A stretch of DNA of 64,000 nt from Raillietiella orientalis (taxonomy: Eukaryota). Below the pieces are notes generated by a model, which searched no databases, had not been told where the DNA came from, and was given only the letters and a program-made list of their open reading frames with translations. The stretch spans positions 496,001-560,000 of the forward strand of contig JAYWIR010000042.1 of assembly GCA_036172245.1 (NCBI GenBank), read 5' to 3'. A program made the position numbers and the translations under genes. Positions 1 through 11,800 of the stretch are shown here, in pieces (positions within the stretch are counted from its first letter, which is position 1; the number at the start of each line of letters is the position of its first letter).

Positions 1-1129
1 AGGAGTGAAGGGACCAGAGAATCAGTGACTGCACTAAAAGTCACGAGTACAGGATACACACGGATTCTCATCAGAATTGTCTCACTCACTAGGGTGAGCG
101 TCTTGTCAAGGGCAAGTGACCCTTTTCGGATCGGTTCCTTTTTCTCTGAAATGGTTGATACCGATGGGGATGCCACATTGACGTCGTTCAACCCTTTTTC
201 TCTTTCTAGGCAATGATCTGTTCGTGTAGATTGAAATTTAGTGGGTTCAAGGAAGAGCCCACCTAAGCTCCGAGGAGTTCACTCTCATGACACTTCTTTG
301 ACAAGCCACATGCCCGTGCGCATCCTGATGCTCTACTGAGCTCAGTGGTCATGTTTCGAGTGACCCGAGCGTTGGTTGCGACGAACAAACAATGGAAAAC
401 AGATGATGATGGCTTGAGGTAATGTTAGGTTCTTTCTCTTCGGGACAGGGAATTAAGGCTGGCTGCCCTTTTCTTTTTCTCCCCCTTCTTCAGAATTGAA
501 GCGCCAATTTCTTCTGCCTCATGAAGAAGTAGAATGCTCCTGACCAGTCGGAAGTTGCGGCGGCAGCGTCACTCATCAGCTTCGCGCGATCTCCCAAGTT
601 AGCGATTTGCCCGGGAGAAATCCAAAAGATCGCTGAACCTCGCACAAGCCATCATCATTTTCTTTTCCTCCGGCGCTCATGGAAACCGGAAGAAGAGCCA
701 TGAGACGAGATGGAGGTACTACAGCCTTCCTCTGCGCGAGGCTGTGCTTGCGCACTTCCTCTTGCCACCTCTATCCTCCCTAGAAGACGGAAGGATGACG
801 TGGCAACGAAGGAACTCTTCGCAGCATCTGCGTCATACGACTGCGCTCTCTCGCATGCCACTCTCGTAGGGCTCGTGAGACCACTTTACCCGATCGAGGA
901 TGTGTGTCACACTCTCCCGCTTGGAGAGAGGCTGCGTGGCCAGTAAGCAGCCAGGGGCTGAGGCGAAGCAAGCAACCTGCCACGGGGCGAGAGAGAACGC
1001 GCAGAAAGAGCCGCGGGAACTACGAAGGGAGACGAACCAGACTCTAGTCTCATTTGTTGGCCTCAAACGGCGGAGGAATCTGGATTCCTCTGCTGCTTAC
1101 GTTTTTGTGATGTCTGTGAGAGCATCCTT

Positions 1130-1755
1130 TTAGATTTTTCTTTCTTTTATCTTTTTTGGGTTTCCTTTTCCTTTTTGGTTCTCGAGGAGTGCCAAAGGAC
1201 CACTCGCCTCCTCAGGGAAAGATTACGAAAGCTCTTTGACATTATTCACGCCACTCAAGGGTGCTCACTAACTCTTCAGGCTGTAGAGTGTACCCCGGAG
1301 GGATCACCCTGTGAATCCAGGAATGCTGCGAAGGAAGGAAAGTCCTTTCTTACTCTTGGGAGGGAACTCTCTTCCTGGTTGTCTCCAAAGGGAATCCCAA
1401 GGAAAACCAATTCCTCATTCTCTCGGAAGGGACCCTCCAATTTGTGGGGATCGCTCCTAATTTCTCTCTGGAGGGAACCCAGAAAGGATCCGCTCTTGGT
1501 TTCCTCCTTTGAAGAGAGCTCCGAAGGGGCGTTTCCAAATTTTTCTGAAGAACGCTCTTCTTTCGCTCTGAAGAAACCACCTCCGAGCATGCTCCATAGT
1601 ACGCGATGAAGGCTCAACTTTCACTACCGGAAGGGGAGCTCCCAAGAGATCCGGCTCCCTGATTCCTGGAAGGACCCCAGAGGGTCCATCTCCAATCACG
1701 GTAGGTCTATAAAGATATCCGGTGGTTTCCGGCTTCCACCAGTGCCGCGCCCGAA
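1130..1755 (-). mobile_element. Old, heavily decayed L1-like non-LTR ORF2 (RT) relic, copy A, left part (interrupted by the younger LINE at 1756-5926)
   Basis: Minus-strand frames give RT-like motifs in the expected order: LYRPTVIGDGPSGVLPGIREPDLLGAPLPVVKVEP (approx. GxRQGxPLSPxLFxxxxEP), EKFGNAPSELSSKEETKSGSFLG, LVFLGIPFG (approx. KYLGIP), RNLSLRRRVVL (approx. RxLSLxGRVxL). It aligns by eye with 26120-26760. Confidence 0.6.
1739..1755 (+). repeat. Left 17-bp target-site duplication CCAGTGCCGCGCCCGAA
   Basis: Exact copy at 5927-5943; the pair brackets the LINE. Confidence 0.9.
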
Positions 1756-2084
1756 AAAGGGCTTGCGGCGTCCGGCCTCTAAGAAGGGGTCCGAGATCTC
1801 GGACTCCGACGCAGAAACCGGGAAAGCACCTCGCTGGAAGTCTGGGAGCCAGTCCAAGACTCGTCGGAGGCACATCTCCTTCGTCGAAGGGGAAGAGTTC
1901 GCCTCGGGCAGCGAGGGTTTGATGAGCGTGGGCACTCGAAACTCGGCGCCTAAGAACGTCCCACGCCCCGCCACGGAGGAGATGGAGGGGATGGAGACCG
2001 TCCAGGTACCTCAGGTGCCCACCGTCTCCGAAACCCTGCTGCCCGCTCAGGTAGCGGAGCCGAAAGGCCACTTTCCCAGCAGTA

Positions 2085-5000
2085 ATGCTCGGACTCGCCT
2101 CTCGACGTCGTCTGCGGATCGCCTGTTGAAATGTCAACAGGCTATGAAAAGACGGCACGAGGCGGGGCATGGCCGACACCCTGCGATCCTTCGACCTTGT
2201 GCTGCTGCAGGAGATACTGAGGAGATACTCGTCATTTCCTCAGCACAAGCGTAGGAGATCGAATGGATCTAGGGAGGATGGATGCTATGGCGATGCGGCA
2301 CCTGGCAATCCAGTGAGGTCGCCTACCTGCTTCAGCCAGAGGTTGTGGCCGCCGCCCGAGACGCAAGGTTCGACCATGCGGGTCGAGTGGGCCAGCTGAC
2401 CCTTCGATGGTCCGACTCCATCGACCTGATCGCCACCAACTTGTACGCGCCGAGTTGCACCCACGCGCGTACGGCAAGAGCATTCTTCCATGCTAAAGCG
2501 CGAATGGCTGGCTGATGCGGGCGTTAGCAAAGCTCATCTGGTGGCAGGTGCCTTTAATGTACGTCTGGTGCCAGGTGAGTCGGACACTGAACGAGACCTG
2601 GTCAACGAGGTGTGCGCGGCGATGCACACCCGCAACTTGGCCGGGGAACCGGGTATGGAGACCAGCATCGATCATGTCTTCCTCGACCAGCACCTCTGCT
2701 CACGTGTGGGCAGACGGGGCAAGATGGAGTCAGAACCGTCGGACCATTCCCCCCTCGCACTCGAGATCCATCCGCGCGACCGGAGTCCCCCCTCCGGAGG
2801 TTCATCCAGTCCCTTAGGAGACCTTCCTCGGGTGCGTGAAGTCTCCTAGGGGACTAGATGAACCTCCCGGGAGCCGCGGAACACTTCCGCGCGTTCCTAC
2901 AGGGTTTTAGTTTGCAGACTCTCGCAGACTCGCACTGCTTCAAGCGCTCGGCCCGAGAGTTCTGAGAGCAGTTTCCTTTGCATCGCCTCCCTGCAGGTCT
3001 CGGAGACGGTGTCCGCTACGAGCGGGCGTACCTATGCACCCGCCGCTACAGCAGAACACCCAATATCTGGAAGCTAAAAGAATTCAAAGCGGGAGCCGAG
3101 AGGCAAGTCTGGCAATCCGGGTCGGCCAGCTTGCTGGACGACGAGGGCCGAGGACACTTGGCTTTCGCTCAGGTAAGAGGGATCATACGTAAGTTCTTCT
3201 CCTCCATGTACGCAAGAGAACCTTCCGACTGGGATTTCACAAAATTCCTGCTTCCTGAAGGTGCGCCAGAGATCGAGGAGGAGCACAGGAGAAGCCTCGA
3301 CGTGCCTTTCACGATGAAAGAGATCATCACCGCCATCAGGAAGCTCAAGAAGCGCAAGGTTCCAGGGGAGGACGACCTGCCTGAGGAGTGTTCTCGATGC
3401 TTTGCTGCGCAGCTGACCCCTCTGATACAAAAAATGACCCTGCTGATACGCGAAACAGGCGACGTTCCCGCCTCGTTTCGTTCAGCAAGGGTACGGCCTC
3501 TTCCCAAAGGAGGAGACTTATAGAGCATAAGCAGCTGGCGGTCGATTACCGTGGTAAACGCGGACGCCAAGTTGCTAGCGACACTGTGGGCCGAGAGGCT
3601 GAGGTGGATGGCAGAAAGCTTCATTAGCCCAAAGCAGTCGTATGCTGTTCCCAGGCGGAGCATGGACGTCAACCTGCTCTGCGCTAGCACCTGGTTTGCG
3701 CTCCAACAGGGAAGGGAGATGATGGGCAACCGGAATCCCGGAGCATCCGTCGGCCAGGGGCCGGAAGGGCTGGAGGGAGTGAGAGCCCTTTCGGTCGCAG
3801 TCGATTAACATAAAGCATTCGACTGCGTCGACTAGAAGTTCCCTCTGGAGCTCCTGGAACGCTTGGGCTTCCCGACCTCTTTGATGGCCTACCTGCGTTC
3901 CTGCTGGTGCAACGTGCTCATCAATATCTTTTTCAGCGGGCAGACGGTGCATGGCGTGCCGGTGCGACGTGGTATACGGCAGGGCGACAGCCTGAGTCCC
4001 CTACTCTTTAGTACCTATCTCGAATTGGTGCCGACGGCATACATGGGGACTCTGGCTCTCCACCCGCGCGTATGTCCCGGCACGCCTGCCATCTCAGCAT
4101 ACGCGAATGAACTGCTGCTGATGCTCCCCATGTCCACGCAGGCATGTGCATTCGACGGTCTCTTTGAGCTGCACAGTTGTGAAACGGGCTTGGTGGTAAA
4201 CAGAACGAAGTCGTCCGTGGTTCTCGTTGGCGCGTCGTGAGCAGGGCAGCCGGACTGGATTCTCCTGGGGATCTCCACAAGCCAATACTTAAAGTATCTG
4301 GGTATCCCTTCGGGGGCCTTTTGTCCTCAGACGCCTGGTCCGGCCGTTTTCAGAGAGCACTGCAGGCGCTCGGAGGGTTCCAATGTGGCAGGTTCTCCCT
4401 GCCGGAGCAGGTCGCGGTGTGAAACACGTTTGTGGCCCTCCTCCTCTGACCCTTGCTTTTTGTCTGCCCACCGCCATGCAGCATTAGGAAGAGGACAAAG
4501 AACCTCCTCCGGCTCGCCCTCTGGGGCAAAGGGAGGCTCCGAGTCCGCCAAAGGACTTCTGTGCTCCGCGCCCGGACGGCAGCCTAGGCCTTCTGACGCC
4601 GGAGCGAATGGAGCTGCAGCTCCAGTTTCAAACCCTTGCCCTCGTGGCAAACCTCTGAAGACCACCTGGTGCCAATCTGCACGTCTTCTTGTTCAGAAAG
4701 CCATCGTCAGCGTGGGGCGTGCGTCCATCCTTGCGCGCCATCCATGCAGCCTCATCCACGGCGAACTGCACCTGCGGCAGGTGGCCACGCTGGAGAGGAA
4801 AAATGGATGGATCTCGTGCCGCCCCGCAAACGGTAGTGCCTGGTTGCAGGAAAGAGTTCGCAAGTGGATGAGAATCTAGGAGCCAAGCGCGGAACAGGGG
4901 CGACGTTCCCTGTACACGCACAGCAACAAAGCACGCTCAGGAAGATCCTGGAAGATACCGCGAAGAGTGCACAGGCAAACAGAACTTCCCTCGCCGCTCC

Positions 5001-5688
5001 GCTGCCCTCCCTTAGGGAGCATCTTGTTAGCAGCCTTACGGCTAGATGGGAGGTTACTATAGAAATCTCCGGAAGGGGAAAAGGACTGGGCGAGTGCACG
5101 ACGGGCCAGCTCACTGACTCAGCGACCCCGAGTATTCGGCCTCGTGGACTTTTGCGTTGGGGCGTGCTACTGAATATTCCAAAGGAAGACCTGCAGTGGA
5201 CCCCAGTGCTCCTGAACACCCTCACACCCCCTTTAAAGTGGCAGGAGTCGGCGTTGATCATACTGCATTGGGGTCTCCCGGGCAATGCCCGCCAGCATCT
5301 GTGGACACAAGTGTGTGTGAACCCAAACTGTGCAAGGTGCAGGGAGCAGGAGTCCTTCTCTCACCTCCTGTCAAACTGCGTTGCCCTCTGGCCCCTTTGG
5401 GAACGCTTGGCCACGACCCTTGGAACCCCCGGCGGCAACGCCAAGAGACGTTTTGAGGCGCATCTTACTGCGCAACGCCCTCTCTCCAGCCTCATCCCTA
5501 GAAGCACTGTGCTGCCTATGCAGGATCTTGTCCACATGGAACAACGCCAGAGGCCAGAACGACAAGGACGCCATCCATTTTGCTGTCCTCTTCATTAGGA
5601 CAGCGTCAAGATGTCCCATCTGACAACCATAAGACAGGAACTTGCCGACATCCTTACAAGGATGCAGCCTCCCTCCAACACACAGTGA
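2085..5688 (+). pseudogene. ORF2 (endonuclease / reverse transcriptase / Zn finger) with multiple stops and frameshifts
   Basis: EN: LRIAC*NVNRL, FDLVLLQE, NLYAP, AGAFN, SIDHVF, SDH. RT: KVPGEDDLP, WRSITVVNADAKLLA, D*HKAFD, RGIRQGDSLSPLLF, YANE at 4100-4111 (decayed YADD), GLVVNRTKS, KYLGIP. C-terminus: CARCREQESFSHLLSNC. Start at ATG 2085 (within TAATG) and end at 5688 are inferred. Confidence 0.85.
2796..2867. repeat. 27-bp inverted repeat (hairpin) at the EN/linker junction of the LINE
   Basis: GGAGGTTCATCCAGTCCCTTAGGAGAC (2796-2822) matches the reverse complement of 2841-2867 at 25/27 positions; spacer 18 nt. Confidence 0.9.
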
Positions 5689-5926
5689 TCCCTTCCCCAA
5701 TCCCCCCCCCCTTCCCTTCATCTTTTTTGACTGCAGTTTTTTTTGTTTTGTTTTTCTCTTTTTGTTTGTCTTTCCTTCCCTTGTGCTGCCGAGGCGCACC
5801 CCGCTGGCCTGCATTCCAGATCCAAGCGGGTTCCTCTTCGTATTCATAAGTAACGTGACAGGATCAAACGTCCTGCCACAGACATGTAGGTTTAGAATTA
5901 AACGTCCCTGCGTGACCAGGTGTCAG

Positions 5927-5943
5927 CCAGTGCCGCGCCCGAA
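5927..5943 (+). repeat. Right 17-bp target-site duplication CCAGTGCCGCGCCCGAA
   Basis: Identical to 1739-1755. Confidence 0.9.
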
Positions 5944-6120
5944 GTCCGTGAGCCGACCAGTGTCATCCTGAGAGGGGGAATGGGAACCCACGATGCCCTC
6001 TTCCTCCATTTCTCGGTGTTGGGGATTCGAACTCTGCAACGCTTGGCACCACGCTCGAAGACCCCTGACACTCGGATGCCAACTCCAATGAGAGCATCCC
6101 GGGACTCGATAGGTGCCTAT
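5944..6120 (-). mobile_element. Continuation of old L1-like relic copy A, right of the insertion
   Basis: gtccgtgagccgaccagtgtcatcctgagaggggg aligns with gtccgtgggccagccagtgccatcctgagggggg from 26761, and similarity continues for about 100 bp. Right boundary approximate. Confidence 0.65.
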
Positions 6121-8319
6121 GGAGCACATCAGCATCTCCCTCTTCCTTCTTTTCTATTCTTTTTCTTCCCGAGAGAAAGAGAACAGCCCATCTGTTGCCG
6201 TGTTCTCACGTTCTCTCCCCTGGTTGCTGGAGCTCCCTTTTTTTTTCCGGTCCATTTCCCGTTTTCACTTCTCGGAAAGAATGGTCTTCCCGTTTCTGTA
6301 TTCTGAAGGGCAAAGAAGAGGCGCCCTGAAGCAGACACAAGAAAGGGAATTTTCTCCTGCTTCTCAATGTGCCCTGGGTCCATCTGCGTGCGAAGCTAAT
6401 AATCATGGCGTACGACGAGGGGGCTTTCCCTTGGATGCATCTCCACGAAAGATGATCTCATCCGATCCGGACGGGATTTTTTTCCATCCGTTTCTGACCC
6501 AAAACTCGGCATTTTCCGGAATATTCGCTAAAGCTTGATGCATGGTGAAGTCCCTATTTACCTACCCGTGGACCTGGAGGGAGGCAGTGCACGAAACACG
6601 GATGGTGAACGCGCACACATGAAAACACCGCAAATGTGCGAAACCAACTGACTTGGAGGGAAGAGGTGGGAAGTTTTCCATTCGAAAAATTCCTGCATGG
6701 ATGCAGCTTTATTCGACGAAGCTGGGAACGGGATACAGTCAACAGGAAGAATGTGGCAATGAAGTTGTGTGTTGTTCCCGCACAAGCACTTGCTTAGAAA
6801 AGTGGTCGTTGAAGACGCAATGATGACCTCAGTAAGCCCATTCATGAATGATCGTTGCGTTTTGCCGTATGGACTTTCTTCTTGGATGGCACATCCATCT
6901 GCACTTTTGCATCTTGGAGGTAGAAATCATTCTTCCTAGCTACCTGAAAGGATCCTTGTTTTACAGTGATTTCTGCCTCAATCTCGAATTTCTTCCTCTT
7001 TTGCCATGTTCTGTTATCACCTTGTAATCTCGCTGCCATCGTTTATATCCAGCACGAATCCAAAGTCGTGGTCACATTATTTGTAAAGTTGATCTTTTTT
7101 CGAGATTTGTTTCCATTCATGTGAGTGCAAGGGTTTCACGGGAGTACCATTCTTTTACTACAACAACATACATGTACTTGTAAAACAAGAGCTCAATAAT
7201 GAGTTTGTTTTATACAGTCAGACACTCCAAACACCCGCTTGGGGTCCTTTCGCTCCCCGGGTTGAATGCAATCTTACCTTGAAGTGCCTCCATTTTGGGG
7301 TGACATTAAGGAATTTTGGTAGATAGACTTCGGAGTGCATGCAAAGGTCACAGCTTCAAATTACAATCCACGAACGCACAGTTCTTTCGACTTTCCTCAT
7401 GGAACTCAATCTATGAATGAAAATGTCTGGAAAACATGTGAGTACTCTTCAGTAACCTTGGGTGTGCACTTTTCGGGGTCAGGAAAAGCAGGGCAGAAAG
7501 CATTTCCAAAAGTGCCAGAACACCACTGTTTAGAGGATCTACCAAGAACTCAGTGTCTCTTTAACCATGAATGCTTCTCGTTCTTGAAATTGGGTTGGTT
7601 GTATTGTGATTTGGAATCTTCCAATCTTTCGTTTTCTTCTTCAGCATTGCTGTTTTCTGTTGCCTTCGTCGGACGGTCAGAGAGTCTTATTAAGAGTCCC
7701 AAGTTTCAGGCATGTTTAGTCGCATCATTTCTCTTCTTTTCCCTGGCTGTGCATTGAGAAGGTGCTTTTGAATCATCACCAGGTATCCAAGAGTCTCTCA
7801 CAATGCAACTTTCAATTATCTCTGGTATTCATGGGGTTTCCCTATTCGCATCTTTTTTTCTAGTAGAGGAAGACTGAGACACGTAGCTTGAAGCCACGGC
7901 TTATGAGTTTTCCAAGTGCAGCAGATCCTTGTATTTGGATCGTCGCAATGAACGAGGAAATTTTCATCCTCATGAGCTTCTTGATGGGAGGTCATACATC
8001 CTCCGCAAGAGAATCATAGATGTGATGCCAAAGTCCTTGAAATGTAATTGTCTTGATGAAGTGATCTATTTTTCCTTCCTCTTCCTCTTGCTGATTCATG
8101 TTGAACGCGCACAGCTAAAACATGGACGCAAAACACATTCTATAGTGTACTCCGTAAACTTGACTTCCCACTCCATGACCGCTTTTCCGTTCCGCAAACA
8201 CTCCAGAAAGACCAATCCTCGTTCAGGTCATTGTGAGGAGATTTGAAACTTGAGGTTCCGCTAATCTTGGGGAGATAGATGGAATCCAGAATCACATGTC
8301 AGATGCCCCTTGATTGCTT

Positions 8320-8870
8320 TCCTGGAAAACTCAAGTCCAGAAAATGCCGAAGTCATTCGGGAGGTATCGCTGAGCAGAGGAAACACGATTGAGGATCCTT
8401 TTGAGAGGAAGGCATCCTGAAGAGAATATACTGGCGAGGGATTAATCTCCAGGAGAGAAAGGAAAGCTTACTTATGCGAATGGGAACGTCCTGATGCTCC
8501 AGTAGCCTGTGGTCCAGAACTTCAAGATTGCGGACTTTCCTTAAAGGATTGCAAAGAATATCTTTTGCTGTTGTTTTCTGGAATAGCACAGAGCGTGAAG
8601 AGAAACAAATCCTATCCTGAGATCTCCAAAACTTTTGTGTCCAAAAAAAGAATCAGCACGAGTTCGCTTTGTTCAGCTATTGGATCACTACTTGCATCCT
8701 CGGAAAGTGGTCCAAGGAGGAACATTTAGAAACCTGAGAACGGAATTCCAGTTCCCAGATATTGAGAGCACAGCTTTTCCTCAAAGGAACGATACGGCAA
8801 CATCGCCACCGTTTGCTTGCCTTTGCTTGCGAGTTTCCAAGGCCCTCGCATCCTTTCACCCTTTCACATT
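8320..8870 (-). mobile_element. Decayed 3' end of an L1-like ORF2 (C-terminal Zn-finger region)
   Basis: Minus frames read KGCEGLG (approx. GGLG), then FLSWRLIPRQYILFR...CFLCSAIPPE*LRHFL (CxxC...H finger typical of L1 ORF2 ends). Confidence 0.4.
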
Positions 8871-11800
8871 GCCGATCACCCCTCCCCCTGACAAAATACT
8901 ATCCACCATCGGAGCAAAAAGATTCATGTAACCAGGGATTTCATTTTCCAAGTCGTCTCCTTCTTTTTACAATGCAATAAGACATATCCTTCGATGATGA
9001 CTGTCACATGAAGAAAAATAACAAGCAGTGATTCTTTATTTCCTTCATCAAAAGTACGTGCAGATGGAATATTGCCGCCGCTTTCCGATCGGCAGTGCGT
9101 GACAGTTTCCCTTTGATTTCTCTTTGAGACCGAAAGCAGCTGAAAGTTCGGAAAAAAAAAAAAAAAAAAAATGCGTGCACGTGTTTACACTTGGAAACTC
9201 GTTTCATGCATCGTGGACGATCACGTTGTTCGCTAAATGGACAAACTCATCTCTAAGCCGCATCAGCCCGTATCTTACAGCAACTAGTAGTTTCCACTCC
9301 CCTGTATTCTCCTGATTTGGGAGACTCAAGTAGTTCTTGGTTTTGACATCTTGATCAGGATGCTCGGCATTAGTAAAAGCTAGAAAAGACACCTGGGCCG
9401 CTCTTGCTTTTGATTTCAAAAGCAAAAGTGCTATCCTTCAATCTGCTAACTTCCACGGAGGAATCAGGTACAAAGGTGCGAAAAAAACCGAGATGCAGCA
9501 GCTTTGTTTACAAACTGCGCTCTACAAAGATTCTTCCATGTTTTTTTCCCCACAAGACGGGCTATTTGAGGATTGGTTCGTCTTAGGATTTCCCGCTTCT
9601 TTGGCCACTGATTCGTTTTCCGCTTTCCTGCCTTGCCAGTCGAGTTTCCACACGATTCAGCTCCCTTGCAGCCACGGGGAAAACCACATACCCTCAACCG
9701 CCACAGGCCTCCTCCTCTACAACCAGCTATCCGTTAGCCAACGTGTGGAGGCCCGTTCTCTTCTATTCGAGCTGGCCTCGGTGAGCTAAAGAAGATTTTC
9801 TCGATCGTCCACGTGCCAACTGGTCCAAATTTCACGAATTTGATCAGCGAAGATCTCCCTTTTTCGTATCAATAGAAAAAAAAACGCATTCTTAAATATT
9901 ATAAATCGCTTGACCACCGTTTTTTTTTTTTTATTTATCTTAACTGCTTTCTGAGGTTTCTTCAAGAAGTTTGTGCTTCCACAGTTTCTAAACCATCCTT
10001 ACACATAGTCGTGGATGAATTCGAGTGCTCACGTCGGCTTGCGGTGCAAGGGAACCTCTGCTGCCGAGTCCACGTACCACACCAGGTCCTTTAGAGGATT
10101 TCATTGCCTGGTGATTTGAAGGAACCAGTGAATAGTGACGCTGCGAGGAGCTGTGGACCTCGAGAAAGCGCATGCTTTTGCACCGCTGAAGCCTCATATG
10201 AGTCAGTGAGTTTCACGATCCAAACCTCTTGAGGATCTGCCATCACCAGATTTTACGCGCAGGGTTTTTTCCTACGTGAATGCAAAGGCACACACTCCAT
10301 GTGCCTTCCATCCTGTTTTGTTTTCACTTTTCTCAGATGCCTTCCGCATCTCTTCCGGGATTCACCTAAACAACCATCCCAAGAGTTCCACTGGTGTTTT
10401 CGTGGAGCATCTCTCCTTCTTTGGAATGCTGCTTGGGAAATAGCAAAAGGATCTCTCGGTCTGCTCAGCGACAGCGAAGTGTCCAGAACTTCGGATTCGA
10501 ATATTCTCCGGCAGGATCTTAGATTGGAGGAGTAGATCTGTATCACACCCACGGATACATTGAGAGTATGTGCCCAAGCATTAGGAATTGCTTTTTCGTA
10601 TCCCAGTTCCAGGATCCCACAGGGCAGCTTGTCGACAGCCTCTGAGTAGCTCATCATTTCCACCATACTTGCAAGTCTTAAGATGAACCCAACAGAAGTC
10701 GGATTGGATGATGACTTCGGCCAAATGAGCCATGCATTCTTGATTCGGACCGCAAGGTCACTCCCGATTTTGTATTATTCGTAGATAGTTTTGGTGTTCG
10801 AATGTGCCGTGAGAGCATGCCACCGTTGTTTCAGATGGAGATCCATAGTCGTCCACTTTTGTTCTTTGTATGAACTAATTTTGGAAGCAGATCTGCAGGC
10901 CTGCGATCATTTCTTTCTTCAGCGAAATCCCACAAGATAAGCTTTTTAAAGTGAAAGGCAGATGGTTTTCGAATGCTTCGAGTTCCCATAAACTTGTTCC
11001 TGACCTACTTTTTTCCTTAATGCATTCATAGATGGTATGTCGTGCTGTTCTTGTTGCGTCAGTCACATGACTTGACTGCAAGTACTCTCTGTGCCACCTA
11101 TTCACGGCAATGCACGAACGATCAAAATTTCCTATGAAGCTGATTGAAATCTCCCTGCCCAGTAGCCCGAAACTTGAAGCAGTGAGACGCACCGAAGACA
11201 GCATCAGGATGCTGTGAGAATGAAGCTGGCAACAGCAAAGTATGTACCTTTTCTTGTGCCTGAAGTTGTTTAGCAATAAACAAATGGCATAAAGACAGAG
11301 ATGATTCATCATCGTAAAGCTGTGTCTGCAGATGCAGGGTCTGGTGGCACAGATGAAAAGGATTCGTAGAAATAATTTTCCGGCTTTTGAAAAGAAAAGA
11401 AAAGAAAAAAAAAAAAACGCCGAGATTCTGAGTTAGGGCTTCCACGTGCACTTCACAAGAATATTTTTGGTATATTGAATTTTCAAAAGCAGCGATTTTC
11501 AAGTTTCCCGAATGTGTGTTCCCAGATACAATCTCTTGGGCATCAGCATCCATTTTCTTATTCTCCTTTTGTCTGAAAAATTCTAGGGCTGCCTTAAGAA
11601 GGGATTGTGAGCTCTTTGAACTCGGTCCATATTTAAAAGCGAGAGCATGGCCATTAATTTAAATTACCTGATTCTGAATGAGACACAAATCAGCGATCGA
11701 ATGAAACCCGAAGGAACAGAAACCAATAAATTCTTTGCGTAATTCTAAAGGGAAGGCAATTAGAACCTGCTACGGTTGTCTCATGCACAGTGCTAAACTG

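Larger units (their letters stand above)
1756..5926 (+). mobile_element. 5'-truncated L1/Tx1-clade non-LTR retrotransposon (ORF1 tail, disrupted ORF2, 3' UTR)
   Basis: APE endonuclease, RT and C-terminal CCHC finger motifs in order, bounded by a perfect 17-bp TSD. The two flanks rejoin to match the uninterrupted paralog at about 26740-26800. Confidence 0.92.

Noticed and set aside
1457..2179. 240-aa minus-strand ORF
   Set aside because: It is chimeric across the insertion junction (antisense of the younger LINE fused to the older relic), not a gene.
1742..2254. 170-aa + strand ORF as a stand-alone gene
   Set aside because: It starts inside the TSD; most likely the truncated low-complexity tail of LINE ORF1.
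6842..7039. Short minus ORF faintly like a Brinker/pogo DNA-binding domain
   Set aside because: Similarity is too weak and no associated DDE domain or TIRs were found.
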